From: Candidatus Nitrospinota bacterium M3_3B_026
Lineage (GTDB): Bacteria; Nitrospinota_A; UBA7883; JBPRGF01
DNA: 64,000 nt
Assembly: GCA_051418015.1 (NCBI GenBank)
Contig: JBPRGF010000033.1
Span: 427,564 to 491,563 of the forward strand
Direction of reading: 5' to 3'
The notes beneath the pieces are model-generated. The model did no database searches and had not been told where the DNA came from. It worked only from the letters and a program-made list of their open reading frames with translations. Positions 60,456-64,000 of the stretch are shown in pieces (the stretch's first letter is position 1; each line of letters begins with the position of its first letter). Made by a program: the position numbers and the translations under genes.

Positions 60456-61643
60456 ATGACCACGAAAGAAATAATAAGTCTCACCGAAAAATATCTCATC
60501 CCCAACTACAAGCGGCAGCCCATCGCGCTGGTGAGAGGAAAGAAGTCGTATGTATGGGACGCCCAGGGCAAAAAGTACCTGGATTTCGTCTCCGGGATAG
60601 CCGTCATGGGGCTGGGCCACGGTTACACCCCCGTCAACAAGGCCATACAAAAGCAGATGACCCAGCTGGCCCACGTGTCAAACCTTTACTACACGGAGCC
60701 GCAGGCGCTTTTCGCCAAAGAATTGATATCGAAGATGTACAAAGGCAGGCTCTTTTTCTGCAACAGCGGCACGGAGGCCAACGAGGCGGCCCTGAAGCTG
60801 GCCAGACGCCATTCCATCGAGAAATACGGCAAGGCCAGGACGGAGATCATCGCCTTCGAGGGCTCGTTTCACGGCAGGACGATGGGCTCGCTTTCCATGA
60901 CGGGCCAGAAAAAGGTCCGCTCCGGTTTCGGCCCCACCCTCTCCGGCGTCAAACATGTCCCCTATGGCGACCTGGCCGCCGTGGAGAAGGCGATAACCAA
61001 GAAGACCTGCGCGGTGATTATCGAGCCGATACAGGGGGAAAGCGGCGTCAGGACGCCCAAGGTGACGTTTATCCAGAAGCTGGCGAAGCTTCTTGCGTCC
61101 AAAGACATTCTACTGATATTCGACGAGGCGCAGACCGGTTTCGGCAGGACGGGGAGGCTTTTCGCCTACGAGCATTTCCGCGTCAGACCGGACATCATAA
61201 CCATGGCCAAGAGCATCGCGAACGGATACCCCATGGGGGCGATGTTCGCGAAAGACGAAGTGGCCGAGAGCATGGGGCCGGGAACCCATGCCTCCACATT
61301 CGGCGGCTCCCCCGTCGCCTGCGCCGGGGCCATGGCGGCGTTGAACGAGATATCAAAACCGGAGTTCCTGACGAACGTTCGGGAGCTGGGCAGGTACATG
61401 ATGATAAAGCTCACCGGCATGAAATCCGCCGCCCCGGCGATCAAGGAGGTCCGCGGACTGGGGCTGATGGTGGGTGTGGAGCTTGGCGCGCCCTGCAGCC
61501 ATCTAGTGGAGGAGGTGGCCCGGAAAGGGCTGCTGGTCAATTGCGCCGCGGAGAAGACCATCCGCCTGCTGCCGCCGTTGAATATCACCAAGGCGGAGGT
61601 GGACAGGGCGCTGAACATCCTGGGCAAGATCCTGGGGGCATGA
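60456..61643 (+). CDS. argD: Acetylornithine aminotransferase
   Basis: YLDFVSGIAV, NSGTEANEAALK, SFHGRT, EPIQGESG, DEAQTGFGRTG, MAKSIANG; precedes argF. Confidence 0.93.
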   Translation: MTTKEIISLTEKYLIPNYKRQPIALVRGKKSYVWDAQGKKYLDFVSGIAVMGLGHGYTPVNKAIQKQMTQLAHVSNLYYTEPQALFAKELISKMYKGRLFFCNSGTEANEAALKLARRHSIEKYGKARTEIIAFEGSFHGRTMGSLSMTGQKKVRSGFGPTLSGVKHVPYGDLAAVEKAITKKTCAVIIEPIQGESGVRTPKVTFIQKLAKLLASKDILLIFDEAQTGFGRTGRLFAYEHFRVRPDIITMAKSIANGYPMGAMFAKDEVAESMGPGTHASTFGGSPVACAGAMAALNEISKPEFLTNVRELGRYMMIKLTGMKSAAPAIKEVRGLGLMVGVELGAPCSHLVEEVARKGLLVNCAAEKTIRLLPPLNITKAEVDRALNILGKILGA

Positions 61644-62563
61644 AAAAGGACCTCGTCCGGCTCACCAGCCTCGACCGTGAGGAGATCGAAGACGTCCTGA
61701 AGACCGCCGCCGCCCTTAAAGGGGAAAGGGGCGAGGGTGTCCGCAGGACGGCCCTCGAAGGGAAGACGCTGGGGCTGATCTTCAACAAGTCCTCCACCCG
61801 CACCAGGGTGTCGTTCGAGGTGGGGATAGCCGAACTGGGGGGGCACGCGATCTTCCTGCAGGGCGGGCAACTGCAGATGACCCGGGGAGAGACCGTTGCG
61901 GACACGGCGAAAGTCTTCTCCCGCTACCTGAACGGGATAGTCATACGCACCTATTCGCAGGCGGAGGTGGAGCAGCTTGCGGCGGAGGCGGACATACCGG
62001 TCATCAACGCCCTGACGGACATGTACCACCCCTGCCAGATACTCTCCGACCTTTTCACCATCACGGAAAAAAAAGGGGGGCTGGACGGGGTGAAAGTGGC
62101 CTATGTCGGCGATGGGAACAACGTCGCCAACTCGTGGCTGCTGGGAGCGGCCGTCATGGGCATGAGCCTGGCCGTCGCCACGCCGAAGGGCTACGAGCCG
62201 GAGGCCGCGGTCGTCGAGGAAGCCATGACGATATCATCGAAATCCGGCGCGAAGGTGGAGATAACCTCCGACCCGGCCGCGGCGGCGAAAGGGGCGGATG
62301 TCCTCTACACCGACACGTGGATCAGCATGGGGATGGAGGATGAACAAGAAAAAAGGCTCGCCGCCTTCAAAAACTTCCAGGTGAACCAGGCGCTCGTGGA
62401 CAGGGCCGCGCAGGACGTTATGGTCATGCATTGCCTGCCTGCCCATAGGGGGGAAGAGATATCGGCTGATGTCCTGGACGGGCCACGCTCCGCAGTCTGG
62501 GACCAGGCCGAAAACAGGCTCCACACTCAGAAAGCAATACTGCTGAAACTTTTTGAGAAATAA
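61640..62563 (+). CDS. argF: Ornithine carbamoyltransferase
   Basis: SSTRTRVSFE, HPCQ, DTWISMG, MHCLPAHRGEE, QAENR. Confidence 0.97.
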   Translation: MKKDLVRLTSLDREEIEDVLKTAAALKGERGEGVRRTALEGKTLGLIFNKSSTRTRVSFEVGIAELGGHAIFLQGGQLQMTRGETVADTAKVFSRYLNGIVIRTYSQAEVEQLAAEADIPVINALTDMYHPCQILSDLFTITEKKGGLDGVKVAYVGDGNNVANSWLLGAAVMGMSLAVATPKGYEPEAAVVEEAMTISSKSGAKVEITSDPAAAAKGADVLYTDTWISMGMEDEQEKRLAAFKNFQVNQALVDRAAQDVMVMHCLPAHRGEEISADVLDGPRSAVWDQAENRLHTQKAILLKLFEK

Positions 62564-62619
62564 GGCGCGGAGGGCCTGACCGCTCGCTTTCAAAAAAAAC
62601 GCCGCCAAACGCGGAAACG

Positions 62620-62718
62620 CTACTTCGCCCTCGACTTCGAAAGTTTTCTGAGCAGAAAGTAAACCGCCACAAGAAACCCGAGCGCGCCGAATACGATACT
62701 GGCTATCTCCAGGGTCAT
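62620..62718 (-). CDS. Putative 32-aa single-TM small protein
   Basis: MTLEIASIVFGALGFLVAVYFLLRKLSKSRAK; GGGAG RBS; TTCAAA-N17-TATAAT upstream; short hairpin plus T8 downstream. Confidence 0.6.
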   Translation of the reverse strand: MTLEIASIVFGALGFLVAVYFLLRKLSKSRAK

Positions 62719-62762
62719 AAAAACTCCCGTAGAAATCTCCGCTTTGATTATGGTTTAGAATT

Positions 62763-62791
62763 ATTATAAGCTTTTTGCCGTTCGCTTTGAA
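62763..62791 (-). promoter_or_regulatory. Putative sigma-70 promoter of the small protein gene
   Basis: TTCAAA-17 nt-TATAAT on the minus strand. Confidence 0.5.
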
Positions 62792-63134
62792 CCGCAAATC
62801 CCGGCAAAGCGACCCTTTTTCTCCACCTCTCTTCGAAGGGGCGGCCGGAAGCGCCCTGGTTGCCACATTACATAAAAATTCTCAGTTTTTGGAAAATGTC
62901 CGAGATTATTCCCATAAGTGAGAATCTGTCTTTAAACGTAACATGACAACGCGCCGTTAAGTTTTGCGATAGCATTGATATATAAGAGATTAAACTCCGT
63001 CCGTGACTGGAATTATACGTTCTCTAAACGGTTTGGAACTTGCATGAATATCATATAGGTTTATAATCTTTTTCGTATAACAATCTTTAACAAAGCCTTT
63101 GAGCTTGCGAGGGGGTATGCGCCGGACGACTATT

Positions 63135-63220
63135 AAGTCCCCTCCCTTGGAGGGAGGGGACTTCAGGGAGGGGGTATGAAATTCAATCACCCCCACCTTG
63201 ACCCCCTTTCGAGGGGGAGG
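63135..63220. repeat. REP-like palindromic element
   Basis: 13-bp perfect stem AAGTCCCCTCCCT-TGG-AGGGAGGGGACTT, followed by GGGAGGGGGT..ACCCCCACC and CCCCCT-TTCG-AGGGGG. Confidence 0.6.
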
Positions 63221-64000
63221 ATGAAAGCGGCGGCTCCATCAGCGCCAGCGCGGCTGAAAAACCATCTGGCCGCCGCGTTGCTTGCGCTGGTAATCATTGC
63301 CATGGGCGCGCCCGCGGCCCTCGCCGACGGGTGGGACCCGAACACGAACGCAAGCAACACCGGGGGGATAACAAACACCCGCCACAACATGAGCTTCTCT
63401 TACGGCTCCGGGATGGAGGGCATAATCAGCAATGTCAACAACCGGTATGGCGAAGTATGCGTCTATTGTCATACACCGCATGGCTCCAACTCCACCGTAC
63501 CCAAGGCGCCGCTCTGGAACAGGACGGTTCAGGCGAACACGTACACCCTCTACAACATCCCCCTGCAGTCCGGCCAGACCCCGACCCAGCCAGGGGTCAA
63601 TTCGCTGACTTGTCTTTCGTGTCACGACGGCGTGACGGCGATCGACTCCATCATCAACATGCCCGGCTCAGGACGTTATAGCGCCGCGCAGGAGACGAGC
63701 GTAAGCTATGCGTTCCTGGATACATGGCCTGATCCCAGAATGCATTTCGCCCTTGCCTCATCCGATTATTCCGGGCTGGAAAACGGGTGCATGGAATGCC
63801 ATGACGGGTCGCTTGGGGGTGCGCCTCTTTTCACCGCTTTCGTCATCGGCACGGATCTGACCGACGACCACCCGGTCGGCGTCAACCTGCCGGATACGAA
63901 CACCTACGACTTCAAGGAGCCGACGGCGACGGACGGGGCGCTGAAATTCTTCGACGGCGACGGCGACGGGCGGGCGGACCCTGACGAGGTACGGTTCTAC
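63221..64000 (+). CDS. Secreted multiheme c-type cytochrome (partial, runs off window end)
   Basis: Open frame from ATG 63221: signal peptide, CVYCHTPH, APLWNR, CLSCHDG, CMECH, DDHPVG, DGDGDG; absent from the ORF track because no stop lies in the window. Confidence 0.88.
   Translation, partial: MKAAAPSAPARLKNHLAAALLALVIIAMGAPAALADGWDPNTNASNTGGITNTRHNMSFSYGSGMEGIISNVNNRYGEVCVYCHTPHGSNSTVPKAPLWNRTVQANTYTLYNIPLQSGQTPTQPGVNSLTCLSCHDGVTAIDSIINMPGSGRYSAAQETSVSYAFLDTWPDPRMHFALASSDYSGLENGCMECHDGSLGGAPLFTAFVIGTDLTDDHPVGVNLPDTNTYDFKEPTATDGALKFFDGDGDGRADPDEVRFY

Noticed and set aside
60554..62563. Apparent 669-aa ArgF fusion; similar over-extended starts for hisC (5680), the epimerase (6992), cytochrome c (33636) and the TonB receptor (42183)
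   Set aside because: The extensions are off-frame readings of upstream genes or promoter DNA; the real starts are marked by ATGA overlaps or RBS
63028..63044. GG-N10-GC (CGGTTTGGAACTTGCA) as a sigma-54 promoter for the cytochrome
   Set aside because: The -24 element is too far from TGGCAC to support on sequence alone

Overview
A GC-rich bacterial chromosome segment from a Gram-negative, flagellated organism. The gene style suggests Nitrospinota or a deltaproteobacterial-type lineage; this is an impression, not a computed placement. The housekeeping backbone contains motA-motB'-motB-fliL-fliM, glgC-hisD-hisC, mfd, two SurA-like PPIases, a tRNA thiouridylase with iscS, rpsB-tsf-pyrH-frr-uppS-cdsA-dxr, rplM-rpsI, argC-argJ-sfsA, leuS, typA, tRNA-Gly(CCC) and argD-argF. 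Six accessory modules stand out. (1) A probable copper-handling operon (YtkA/FixH-like Met-rich lipoprotein, Cys-Cys beta-barrel, redoxin lipoprotein, cytochrome c) preceded by a secreted His/Cys-rich leader ORF ending in DPRPPRV, resembling CutF/CruR ribosome-arrest sensors. (2) A surface-glycosylation cluster. (3) A TonB-dependent import operon with a clear sigma-54 promoter and IHF site, facing a sensor-less sigma-54 activator paired with a Cys-motif membrane protein. (4) An ATP-grasp/CocE pair. (5) A gNOR-type heme-copper oxidase (CuB His replaced by Asp, subunit II lacking CuA ligands) beside a divergent NifA-like activator. (6) A truncated multiheme cytochrome c at the window end. Also noted: a second MotB lacking the essential Asp, a CheW with an inserted CZB domain, IS256/IS30 scars around the tRNA, and an unannotated 32-aa membrane peptide gene. 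All calls come from motif recognition by eye; no searches were run.
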